NCBI GenBank assembly: GCA_030704615.1
Contig: CM060731.1
Location: 78,926,001 to 78,990,000, forward strand
DNA length: 64,000 nucleotides
DNA from: Takakia lepidozioides
Taxonomy: Eukaryota; Plantae; Bryophyta
Reading direction: 5' to 3'
Of the stretch, positions 13,447 to 25,568 are shown in pieces. The first letter of the stretch is position 1. Every line of letters starts with the position of its first letter. The notes below the pieces were generated by a model that searched no databases, was not told where the DNA came from, and saw nothing but the letters and a program-made list of their open reading frames with translations. Both the position numbers and the translations under genes were made by a program.

Positions 13447-15560
13447 AAAGTAAGCAACTTGATGAAAAAGGATGCATTTCCTCAAGCATGAGGTGAAGAT
13501 TGAATTTTGAACGAACAAATTTGTTCCATTATATGCAACAGTGAGCACTGCACTGCGTGATCCAATTGAGTCCATCAAGCAGAAGCAGTGAAGCTGTGTC
13601 ACAACAAAGGGCAATAAGACACCACTCTGAAATCACAGGGTTAAAAGTTCAGAACCATGTTAACTCTAGCTTGGCAATCTGATCAGTAGCTTACAATGCA
13701 CACGAATGCTGTACGTATTGTAAAGAATTTTCTTCAAACACATCTATCATAACAATCCAACTTTGGCATTTCTGGTAATCATGGGTTCAGCTGTAGATCT
13801 GCTGATAGTTGGCCACAAATCTAGTCTATTTGGTCATTTCCTTTCATGCATCCTCTAGAATGCATTCACCTTTCTCAATAAGAAACTCCGCAGTAAGACT
13901 CCCAGAAAAGACAAATATCAGCCCTCTGCATCTCAAGTTTGAGAGTGGTGCTTTGCCCTTAGGCTGTAGAGAAGTGCGCGTAATTTCCCTTCAATAGAAT
14001 CAGCTGGCAGACAGATACCTGAAGTCCTGATTCTTCATCCATCCATGCAGCTGCTAAGAAATCGTTTTCACATGTTTTTCAAAGGTTCATCAATGCTAAG
14101 TTAATGCTGCCCTCTACCATTCAGAGAAGCACTACATTTATAGAGAGAGAGAGATGAGTTTCAGAAATCCTGACACACGACAAGCACGAATGGATAACTG
14201 ATGGATACTGATGCAAGCTTGCTGGAGATGTCTGCAAGCAAATGCCAGAGGGTGGGATAGCTATGGTGACCCGTGCCATGTGCCAGAAAGCCCTTGCATG
14301 TTATTTGGGTTGAGGTATGCGTAAAAGTGCTGCAAATTGAAGTAAGGCCAATGTGTGCAGGCTGAGGCACTGGTGAAAGCACATCAAGAGGTGGGCGAGT
14401 GATGGGAGGACTGAACTTGACCTGGCCTTCATCAAGATAACTGCAGCCATTGCTTGGGGCCAGAAATAAAAGGTTCATAGTTCCCCTTAGGACATCCCTC
14501 TGAAAGACAAGTAATCTGCATGAACATGTATGAAAAATAGCATCAATATACTTCCAGATAGCGAAACCACAAGAACATTAGAAACACGAGTACAAACTAG
14601 CAGTCCACCACCCGCTGAATTGGCTGGCAGATGTTTGGCTACTTGAAACTCCTAGGTCTGCTTTGTGCAATATCGCCCAGGCCCACAGGGATTGCGGCAG
14701 AACAAACCCCTTCTTTGGAATGGTGAAGGTGGTTGGCATCCATTACTACAATTGCTCACTTGACAATGTTTGAGATGAATTATGACTTTCAACAACGCGA
14801 GTCTCTGCCAGGTATTCCTTGCAATCGACTAGAGAAGAAAAGAGCCTCAGAAGTCCTTTCATAATCAGCTGGACACTTAGTTAACTAACCAAACTTGAAA
14901 CTTTATTGTCTATAAAGACAGGTCACTTCATTAGGATCGCTGTTGTAGAAATGCAACAGTGGTCATTTGCTACATGTATACAGCTATACAGAACGACCAA
15001 AAAACCTGATAATCTGTGACCATACGGGTTACTCCTAGGCTGGCCGACAATTTCAAACAATGGTTGCACAGCGCTGCTTGTCATTACAAAAGACCGTCCG
15101 CAATCGATGGAGCTTGAAATGGAACCAGTAGTCTACATCAGAGATGGATTCTACCTCGTACATGGGAATCCTGAGTGTACTTGAGTTTGTAGCTCACTCG
15201 GTTGAGTATCCATGGCAAAACTACCAGCCGGGTTGTTCTCTCTGTAGAAAACTATGCAGTGCTATGTTAGATAATGAACGGCAAGAGCGCTTTTTCGAGT
15301 GGTGATGATCGGCATAATCTTTTGAAGTAGTATCCTTTGTAGGATTATCGTGGTTATTCATAGACCGTTTCTGCGAATGTTGGCCATGGCTTCCCATTGA
15401 GACCATACCTCAACTCCCCTGGAGACAGTGGTAACTGAGCCCATAAACGACATAGCACCTGCGCACAGCCCCTTCGAGGTGAATTCAGTGTCGACGTAAG
15501 GCTAATGTAGGCCGCATGCTAGGCCACAATCCTGCTCTTGCTATCTCTTCGCGCAATCAA

Positions 15561-15850
15561 TCAATTGGAAGGAGTCTCCCCTATGCCTGCGAGGTCATCC
15601 GCAAACATAAGGGCTGGAATGGTGGCATCACCCACCCTTAACCCAAATCCCTCACGTTCCACATCCTCGAGGAGTTGATTGATGAAAACATTGAAGAGCA
15701 GAGGGGAGAGGGTACATCCTTGAGCTACACCTTGGTCTATGTCAAAGAAGTTGGACTTCTGTCCATTAACAGTGACACAGCTTTTGGTGTGAGCATACAA
15801 GTTATGGACAACTCTCCACATCTTTCCCTTGATCCCGCAAGACTTGCTCT
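15561..15850 (-). mobile_element. LINE (non-LTR) reverse transcriptase fragment, catalytic part
   Basis: GVAQGCTLSPLLFNVFIN and ALMFADDLA, the RT QG..LSP and (Y/F)ADD motifs. Confidence 0.85.
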
Positions 15851-16029
15851 GGCTCCAACATTGAATCTTCTTGACATTGTGTAGGACCAGCAGTCCAGAA
15901 CACCCAGCCTTGTATATAATTGTGTGAACCTAAGGTGTGTATGTTCAACCGGATGTGAGGGAAGGAAAAGGTGAAAAAGTAGTCTGATGTGTTAGAGACG
16001 GACATGGCAAGGACGCACCTCATTTTCAT

Positions 16030-16392
16030 TAACTGATATACTGGATATAAAGCAGGTGGTCCTGATGGCATAGTCAATGATAGAGGCCCTAGTTCTCCCC
16101 TTATCTGGAAGACTGAAATGATCCCCTTCCGCGGGCGACAGGGGGTCATTGTCAATCTATATAAGAAGGGTGACAGAGAAGACAACTATCGTGGCATCAC
16201 GCTTCTCAATGCTGTTGGCAAGATATTTTGCACAGTTATAAGTACTCGTCTGGAGGTTGATCTGGAATCTAGAGGTTGTTTTCACGAAGGACAAGCTGGC
16301 TTTCGGCGAAACAGGGGCTGTGTGGAGTGGACCATATCTTTACTCTAAGCCAGATTATCCAGGGAAGGAAAAAAGAAGGGAAACCCACTTAT
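16030..16392 (+). mobile_element. LINE reverse transcriptase fragment, N-terminal part, inverted relative to 15561-15850
   Basis: KAGGPDG, LYKKGDREDNYRGITLLNAVGKIF, QAGFRRNRGC and DHIFTLSQII (frameshifted). Confidence 0.85.
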
Positions 16393-18890
16393 GTCACACA
16401 AAGCCGATAGAGGTTACCTCTCTGCTTCATACCTACGGAATCACAAATCCACTTGACTTTGTTATCTTAAGGGTTGCGCATGCAATGTAAATAGCAGCGC
16501 TTCCACATCCCAAGGCATACAGCCGCGCTTCGAAGTCATTATGCAGGTTATCCATTACATTGCACATGAATCAAGCAAGTAAAGCTCAGGGTACCTCCTC
16601 AGCTGTGGCATCAAACACAGCAACATAGGAGCTGCACTATTCGATTCCGCTTCTGCGCTGGCATCTTTGCTCAAGGTTCACTGTGCCAATCCCACTTTGT
16701 ACCCAACTTTTCTACGCTTCAATTCAGTTATAGTGGATAATACCACCAGTGCCACAGAGTAGTGGTAGACAGCTCTGGATGGAGAGTTCGTGATACTAGG
16801 CTTTCCCCTGCCTGCGGGCAGCGCCTTGTGGACTGCAAGCAGCACTGGAAATGAAATGCGTCTGCAACATGACCACCCCTTTTCCATCCCCTGATACTGT
16901 TGAAGACCGATCAAGAAAGGGGGGATCACAAGAGCGGCGCGTCCAGCTTGCTCTGCCATCTCCCTCCCCGATTTCTCGCACATGGCAGGATTTTTCAAGA
17001 ATTTTTAGGGTTTCTATGTACAGACGTACAGACCACAAAACAAAAAGCAGGGCTGGAAATAGTAAAAGGGAAGTGGATGGCGAGCAAAGAAGGTTCAAGT
17101 ACCAGAATAGCAAAAGCAAGAGCGAGGCTTTCTTTTGATAGCACAGGAATGATACCAACAATAGTCGGGCTCATGGGTATGAATTCTCATAGGCTGACTC
17201 TTTCTTTCCCTTCGTAATTGCTTACGAGATGTAAGCTCACTCCTTTTCTTTTGAAAATTCTTCACTCGGGGCAAGGAACACTCGCGGTGCTTCACTGGTT
17301 CATACCTTACCCTACACGTCTCTTGTCCCAAGCTCCGTGTTACGATCACAAGAACACGTTAGAGAGGTTTTGTGGGTGGGCAATATGGAGGAGGAGATCT
17401 GGAGCAGGCTTCCTTTGGAGTTAGTGATGGTAGTGTTGGCCTGTTTGCCATATCCAAGTCTTGCCCGCTTTAAGTCGGTTTGCAAGTTGTGGAACTCCCT
17501 CCCATCCACTGCTTCTTTCCAACAACTCTGTCAGCACTTCCCTCTTCACCAACACTCCTATGTCTTGTTTTTAGGCAAATACTGCAAGGATGGATACTAC
17601 CACGATTGTTGTATGTGGTATGCGCCCACAACTCGACGGTGGCAGAAGATCGACCTCAAATTCCCCCAGGATAATATACGTCGCCCAGTTCGTGCTGCAG
17701 ATGGAGGCTTATTTTGCATGTTGATGGACAAGGACTTATTGATTGTGTGCAATCCTCTGTTGAACACTTCCACACAATTGCCTGCCCGGCCTCACGACAA
17801 TTCAGAACCTTTCTACGTCAACAGAGTAAATATGATTGTGGATAGATGCAGCAACACCTACAAGGTCCTTATGATGTCATACAAGTACGCCGAACCACGA
17901 CTACGTTGGAGAACGTACATCTATGACTCAACATGCGAGTGTTGGACCGAGACTGGAAACATGCCCACAGAAGTTGATGCGCATTGTAGAGGAAGTGTGA
18001 TATGCGGCCCTACTCTCTTTGCTCTATTTTACATACTTGAGAAAGAGAAAGACAACATTGTGATGGCTTGTGACATTGGCACGGGTGTGTGGACTAAAGT
18101 TGCTGCACGGATGCCTGACGACTTTGGTGGACTGTATTGGAATTGTCGACTTGTAGAGAGTGAGGGGCGCCTGTTGATGGTTGGGCGGTCTCGGCCTCGC
18201 GATCAAATGCACGTCTCACCAACAATTTGTGTGTGGGAGTTGAAAGGTTCTGCAACGAGTGCAGAGTGGCTGGAGATAGCAAGAACTGAGATTCCAGGAA
18301 CTAGATTCGACAACATGGACTCTGTTCAAGTGGTGAGCCATGACAATCTCTTATTGTGGACCACACACAATGAAGTTGTGATGTATGACATAAAGCAACA
18401 CACATGGACGTCCACTGGATTTCCACCTGAATTACGAAGAGGGATATACGATGTGGGTTTGGTTGGCGGTCTTAGTTTAGGTGCAAAAGTCTAGACAATC
18501 TGTTCTTTTGTTTTGGAACATGTTCCAATTCCATCATAGTGCAAGAAACCGGGAGACTTGTATGGCTTCTTCTTTCCCTTCCCTTGTTGGGCTCCCATGA
18601 GCCATGTGCTTGTTGCCTCATGGAACACTTGACATTCTTCTTTCACACTTCCACACTGTCTTATTAGCTATTCACCAAGGTGCTTTGAATAGTGGACATA
18701 CTATTACAATCTCCCTTGTTCTGGCGTCCACTTTTTACATGGGACATTTTGGGCTTAGGGCTGATTGCGGCAAAGAAGATGTGTAACTTGCATGCTTGAC
18801 CCATGACAGTAGCATGATGCATCCGTGTATCCAAAAGCTTCTGAACCTGGCCAACACAATCTTGGAAGTGCTCCATCCAAAAGCTTGCAG
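16392..18890. repeat. Segmental duplication, copy 1; the inverted copy is 31145-33285 plus 47933-48283
   Basis: Highly similar reverse-complement sequence across the F-box gene and both flanks. The ORF track shows matching peptides, e.g. MCLLPHGTLDILLSHFH and STITELKRRKVGYKVGLAQ. Confidence 0.92.
17385..18494 (+). CDS. Intronless F-box protein with kelch-like/F-box-associated beta-propeller
   Basis: N-terminal F-box IWSRLPLELVMVVLACLPYPSLARFKSVCKLWNSL, then AADGGLFC, IVCNPL and LVESEGRLLMVG blades. Confidence 0.9.
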   Translation: MEEEIWSRLPLELVMVVLACLPYPSLARFKSVCKLWNSLPSTASFQQLCQHFPLHQHSYVLFLGKYCKDGYYHDCCMWYAPTTRRWQKIDLKFPQDNIRRPVRAADGGLFCMLMDKDLLIVCNPLLNTSTQLPARPHDNSEPFYVNRVNMIVDRCSNTYKVLMMSYKYAEPRLRWRTYIYDSTCECWTETGNMPTEVDAHCRGSVICGPTLFALFYILEKEKDNIVMACDIGTGVWTKVAARMPDDFGGLYWNCRLVESEGRLLMVGRSRPRDQMHVSPTICVWELKGSATSAEWLEIARTEIPGTRFDNMDSVQVVSHDNLLLWTTHNEVVMYDIKQHTWTSTGFPPELRRGIYDVGLVGGLSLGAKV

Positions 18891-20686
18891 TATCATCATC
18901 TTTTGGTTTAAGTATCACACAATCGGAAATGATAAAAACTTCTCTTCAGGTATTATGCCTGAATCTCCTGGAGCCTGGTTAATTCGTTTTGGTTTTAGCT
19001 TTGTTGTGGCTTTCTCTTGATCTGCTTGACTTTTGCATTGTAAGCACATCTTGCATCTGCTGGGGATCGCTAGCAACCTTATCCTAAAGACCAATAGACT
19101 TAAAACTATCACACAATGCAGTGCCATTTTATGCACTTTGCACCGCAGTGTCTTACATGAAACCAGTTACACAAAAGATGCTTAGATGTTGTAAACATGA
19201 CTATTCGTTTTGATATCAAAGCTATGCTACCTCCCTGCATAAGTGCCAACTCACTCTGGAGGGTTTAATATTGTGCTAGGTCTGTGAGATGTCAGATGGG
19301 CTATTGTTGGCACGCATTGATATTAATCTCAACTAGCCATTGTTGATAGGTGGAGGAGAATTTCAGGAGGGAGATTGGGAAGATAAAACAGGAGCATGCT
19401 GCTGATCTGACTGTGTTGCTGAACTTGCTTGATCAGGCCATAATTGTATGTTGAATCTCTTGTCGACCTTTATCTTACCGCTTTTCTCTAGTTATGTTGT
19501 TTGACAGAAACACCTCAAGTGCTCAGTTTGTTTCCAGGATTTGGAAGGCTGTTTCTGAGGATAAAGTTCCTTCAAATTCCTTCGCAGTGAGCCAAGCAAG
19601 AGGGCATGTTTCATCCCTTGTAATCATACAAGTGTGTGCACTGATTGTGCAGCAAACATCTGGCGCATGAGTCGAAAGTGTCTGTTGTGCAACACCCGAT
19701 CCACACGAAAACCAATAACAATTCACCTGTGAATTGCATACCATTGGAACTCCACACATTTTTGGTACAACCCAATGTCAGATGCCTTCAGGGCCGGCTG
19801 CACCTGCTAGTTAATGCTTCCCAGCCGCATCAATAGCTAGGTGGCATCCCTGTTAAGCTCTGCTAAATAGGCCAGCTAAGGGCATTTTGGATAATTAGCT
19901 AGCGAGGGGGCTGCACTCGCAGTTACTATAGCTACTTTTAAAGATGATTTGATTTGGCCACCTGCCTGAAGTGCTGCACAGCTCTCCTCTTCTCTTCTGT
20001 TCTCTCTTCACTTTTCAAGACAACATGTGCACCACATATGATGACAATGGAAAGTTTACTCGTTAAGCAGGCTCTAAGTCAAGAAAAAGGAAGCTACAGT
20101 GGCACTACAATCTGTGCTGTTTCATGTTAAGTATCTAAGCCTAACATTGTTGGGAGGGTACTCAATATCCTGTTCAGGCAACCATGTGGCACAGAGACTC
20201 TAGTTCACCATCCATATGCCAGCGGTGGGATCCAACAGGCAGCTTTGGTGACAAGCTAAGAGTTCACATGTGCCTTGCAGCAGCAATCAGTCAGAACCCA
20301 AAAGTGCCAGCACCCCGAGGCAGAAAAACACGTAATCTTCCTGTATTGAACTTTCCAATCGGAGAGCCCTCCATCACTAGAAACAGTCCATATACACAGC
20401 AGGGAGGTCTGTCCGCAACTGGACAGCTTCATACACACACCTTCGGAAAAGAATAAGTAACAGGGCATGCACCCTTGACAGTTCGTTCGTCCAATCTAGG
20501 AACGCTTTCTACGGCTTTATCCCGTAACCTCTGTGTGGTAACCTGCCCATCATGTCCAGGAACTGCATTGATACAGTGTTGGCCTCGACGGTGTGCATAT
20601 GTAAAGAATTGTTTTTATTCTTGCTGGTGATGTGGTCCAGCTAGTGTGGCGTACAGCCTCAAAGACCTCCACAGCCCTCAACATTA

Positions 20687-23600
20687 CTAACAACAACCAG
20701 ATTTTTGCGTAACTAGATTGGCAGGTCTGTCCATCAGCACCATCCCAGCAGGCTGCTGTGCTGGTTGAGCTTTTGGCAGCTTCCTTGCTGTGAGATACAG
20801 AACATTAAGCCTCAGTACACAGAAGAATCAATATCTGCCCACCTACCAAAATTTGCTCCCATACCTTCATATAAGATTGGGGAATAGAGCCAATCCAGTT
20901 CATCATCTATTTAACAAATATGAAATAAACTCCTACGGCTACTTATTACTCTCAGCATGAGTATCCACTTAAGATCCATTCCACATTCATATGTCACAAG
21001 AACCAAACACCACAATCACCCCAACCGAAAAGTCTGGGTTTTCCAACCAAGTGTCATGAGAAAGAAACAAGTCATACCAATTTCATAGAAGAGCTCGTTC
21101 ACATTCTGAGCACTCTTTGCAGATGTTTCCATGAAAAACAACCCATTTTCCTCCGCATATGCCTGTGCCTCCTGCAAGTCCAACACCGCAAAACACAAGG
21201 TGGGAACCAATGGAGACATAAGAGAAGACATTTGAGGCTCATTGCTTACAGCAAGGGCACCTGCAGCAAACCTCTTACACAAATCACGAGAGGGAAGACC
21301 CACTTTCACAGAGGTGTCATACATAGACTCATTTTCTCCGCAAACAGAGCCGTGACAAACATTTGACCATATCCACTGATTGGACTTGAAGAAAGGAAAC
21401 TATTTCTGCCATACCATAAATCTCTGACACTTCAAAAAATACCTCAGGCTCAATCTTTCTCTTGGGGGCTAAATCTGCCTTGTTTCCTGCAAGCGCCATT
21501 ACCAGATTTGGGTTGCCTGCAAGCCCTCAAACTCGGATGATCAGTCCCTTTCTGAAGTTACATCAATGTCATGCGGGTATGGGGCGAACAGGGTACTTGA
21601 ATGTCGGATATCAATACCCGGCAGTTCCGGGTATGTGATTTTTGAGAAACGGAACAGTGGAACCGTCAGGTACATGTGCATGGATACCCTTATAGAGATC
21701 CTGTTTTCAAATTTGTAACCATTCAATACCTGTTTGAAACGAGTATTTAGTTTTGGGGATATTTGAAGTTTTAATGTCTTTAATGACTTTTTGTGCGATT
21801 GATAACCCAAACTGGCAGGTATGAACGGTTGCGATATGCATAACCAAGGGGTATAAGAAAATGAAATATATGAGAGTACCCGGAACTGCCGGGTATTGAA
21901 GCTGCCAAAACTATGCATACCCAGAACCAGAGGGTACTACAAAACTTAATACCCGCACCACACGGTACACATGCAGGGGCTTCCCCATGAGGCCTGGCAA
22001 AACAACCACCCCAATACAAAATAGGAAAGTGTGTGTCACTACCTTGTCTTTGAAGCTCTTGGACCCATTTCTTAGCTCGCCCAAATGAATCCTGCCATAT
22101 TCAACAGCCCTTTCAACAGGAATGACTCTAACAACTTTTTCACAAGCATAGAGACCTTGTTTATGGGTTGATACTCTTGTGTCCACTGCTACCTCTCTGG
22201 CTTAACTAATTCACATGAAACCCAGAAGTAACAAGAGAATGACAGAGCCATGGGGGTGTGATACAACATACTGTGTTAGTTATGTCATAAACAATGATGG
22301 CAGCCGCAGCACCACGATAATACATGGGTGCCAGACTGTGATATCTCTCTTGCCCAGCTGTGTCCCAGATCTCAAACTTTACAGTCGTCTCATTGACTGC
22401 CAATGTCTGCGTGAGAAATGCTGCACCAATAGTTGACTCCTGCAAACAAGTCGTGTCAAAACCATCCTCGTCTCACATACACTTGCTCAAGACCATGAGA
22501 CACCAAGAGCCATAGCTAGGTGGAGCAAAGCTAGGTGGAGCGAGAAGCCGGATGTCAGCCAGACCGAGCACTCATGACTACCTCACTTTGAAAGCTGGGC
22601 TCTTTCACAATTGCACACGAGTTCCCAACTGTTCAAGTTGGGATTGTGAAGGGCAGTAGTTACAGGCTTTTGAGATGAGGAGGTGTGTGAATATAACGAA
22701 CTCACTTGCTGTATGAAGGTGGACGGAACATGACCGGGGACGGTGGGAAAGACGAACATAGAGCGGACTGGGGGCTATCCTGGATGGCTTGCTCGAGTCT
22801 TCTGACTAACCTGTGAGTTACCTACTGATTCTCATGACAAAAGCCCCTGAGGAAGGAGTAGGAAGGGAAGGGGGGATGAGAGCACCTGATAATCAAAGAA
22901 TTGGCCTTTTACAAATCGCAAAACTAAGCTTGACTTGCCTGCTCCCATGTCTCCCAGCAGCACCTGTCACATCCAAATATTCCCAAATAGCCATGTGTGA
23001 ATCGGCATAGGAAGTGAGGAGGCTCTTATAAGTAAGTTTGCAGAGAACACCCCATGTTGGCAGGAGGTGAACAAACCACCATATGCTTGCTTCCCAGCCA
23101 CAAACCACAGTTATATGTTGGCAACCCATTACTGAGGGCCGAGGCTTCCCCACAGTCATTTCCATGACGCCCTAAGGATTAACGTCAACCAGAGCAACCA
23201 TTGGTCAATGATCGCTAACTATTCAGTAGTAAAAATGCTATCATTTCTAGGGCTCCACAAAATAATATCACTGGAGAACCTCAGACCAATGTATACCTCT
23301 GGCCCCTCCTTCCGACGGCACCAAAGGCTCAGGGTGGTCCATTGGGGGATAAATCTTGGCCACTTGACGAATGTGTGATGTAAAGGAGGTAGGAAAATGC
23401 AGAAACAGAGAGAACTGGGAATCAACTAAGTTTACAAATGAGCAAAGTGCAAGGTAACCATGGGTGCCAAGAGCGACTTGCCCAAACTACAAAACTGAAG
23501 GTCATTCAAATTAAGCCAGCATTTCTCATTCTTATCCAGGCATCATCATTAGCCAGCCACTTGATGGAATTCTGGCATATAGGACAACGGGGAACTAATC

Positions 23601-23791
23601 ACAACGCATCTCTTCATTTCTGGGCAACACAAGGGCCATCCCTATCGTCAGGAGAACCCATCTCCTTGAACTAGGAAAAATCAGTATACAATCATCTAGT
23701 ACCTACTCAATTGCAAAGGGAAGCCATACTGAATTTGGAGTGAAGTACGTACAAGCTTTGCCTGCACATGGTTGGTGCCGGTTGTCGCCAT
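20687..23791 (-). CDS. RABF2: Rab5-family small GTPase (RabF2 type) paralog, 7 exons: 23791-23753, 22963-22886, 22439-22272, 22091-22043, 21516-21443, 21171-21078, 20787-20687
   Basis: Exon lengths match the first copy (39, 78, 168, 49, 74, 94 nt). [25 protein letters not shown]...[19 protein letters not shown]...ETSAK...SGCC*. Confidence 0.95.
21564..21965. mobile_element. Non-autonomous hAT-like MITE in Rab intron 4
   Basis: Degenerate TIRs CAATGTCATGCGGGTAT / ATACCCGCACCACACGG resemble the hAT TIR at 33286. Internal inverted repeat TCAATACCCGGCAGTTCCGGGTA (21611) / TACCCGGAACTGCCGGGTATTGA (21877). Absent from the short equivalent intron of the paralog. TSD is unclear. Confidence 0.6.
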
Positions 23792-24405
23792 TTCCTGTTC
23801 TTTCACTCCCGTGTACTGGAGAGAGAACGGATTGAAAGGCTGGTCAGAAAGTATAGAAGGAGACCGGACGAATGTGAAGACGATAGGTTGCCAGAATCAA
23901 GTAGTAAAAGCAGAATTAAATAACGGAAAGAGGAGGGAAAACACACAGAGATACAAATCCGAACAAATGTGGTCTTAGAATAGCGCAAACAAGAGACAGA
24001 GAGCTGCCCAGATTGCAACAATGCAGGCAGAGAACGGGAGTGGAAAACACAAACTGTTGCAAACAAGGCAAGGAACAAAGAGAGGGGCCCTCGCCTGCTT
24101 GCTTGCCAGCTTCGGGAACGTCGCACCTTTTTTGCCATCGCAACCGTCCATCCTACACCTCCCAACGGTGGATTGCGGTCAAGACTGCTACGTGTCGGTT
24201 CCAAAACTTTTTCGACCCGATCGACCGGTGACCTTAAGTCTCTGTCATGCTTTTGGTGGAGACAAATGGTAGTTTGCTGGCTGGCGTATATACATACACT
24301 ATACTGTGTATTGTACACAAACCTCTCTCCAAGTATTTACCAGTACGCTGCAAAGTTTATTAAATGATACATACTAGGGTAGCCTGTCCCGTTAGCCCAA
24401 GTGTC

Positions 24406-24810
24406 CAGTGTCATCTAAAAACCCCTATGCCCCATGTATTATTTGTTTTCCTTTAAAATAATTTTATGTCATTTTCAGCAATATATATGATTACTATTCT
24501 CTAAATTATGAAAATATTTTAATCTCGGAGTGTTTTTGTTTTGAAATTTGGAAAATAGCACGAGTGGCTACTGAGTATTGCAAGAAATAGCCATACTTTC
24601 TTCGTCCACTCGAATTTGGATACAAGCATCCGCTTCTGTACTTTCATCCATTTATATCATCCACATTTGGCGAATTTATCCATAATTTATATTTTATTTG
24701 GAGAAATTTGGCGATTTCATCCATGGAAAATAGGGAATTTCCGACAGAATATTTTATTTTATTTTTTCAGGTCGAAAAATTGTGAAATTTAGCCAGAAAT
24801 AAAAACACAG
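24406..24810. mobile_element. Possible AT-rich MITE remnant
   Basis: Abrupt AT-rich block with repeated ATTTGGCGA-type motifs, beginning CAGTGT and ending AAAAACACAG. No clean TSD. Confidence 0.3.
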
Positions 24811-25568
24811 TGCTCAATGGTGTGTGATGAGTGTACGATAATTAGTTGATACGTATACGCTATTTGATATATATATTCATCCATAGACCTTGAGGAACAT
24901 TCATCCACGAGTGTCACGTCCCCATTGACCGAGAACCAAGAATTCCACGGGACCCGGGATTTGTGTCGTTGTTGACCCACTATTGGGAACACTACAGTCA
25001 GTCAGAGTTTTGTAAATGTGTTTTGTTTTTAATTTACCCTAAACGCATCATCCGTGACATTTCGATCGTTTTGGGTGTGACCAGTGGGGATAGTGCACTG
25101 AATGCCACCCAGTTGACTCTGCGGTCGAATCCCAGTACCTACAACCTCTGTTGCGCTTGTCCTCCTCTCACTATTAAGCTCTACAAATAAGATAAAATAC
25201 ACGTGTTTGTGGGGGTCAACGGGAAGGGAAGGGGCGGCGGTTTAGGAGCTCGCAGTGGGAGCCCGGTCAAGGCACTGACCCGGCGACCGGGCCGGTCGTT
25301 CTATTGCAGCGCGAGCCCTTCAAAACTCCGAGTCTGTGATAAGCGAGCGCTTTGTTGTTCCTCGCTCACACTCGTCTCGTCTCGGTCTCGGGGGATTGGA
25401 GTCGTGGAGCGGATCATGTGAGTGGGATCGCTGGTGAAGCAGCGGAAGGGAATTGGGAGGTTTCTGGGGTTTATTTTTTTCGGCTTTTTGGCGCTGGAGT
25501 GAGGTGGGGAGGAGGTGAGGCACAGTAGAGGAGAAAGCGTTGGAGCTTGAGGAGGAGACGAGGAAGAT

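Noticed and set aside
14161-15410. Short minus-strand ORFs between PPR-B and the LINE
   Set aside because: No recognisable domain and no consistent exon chain.
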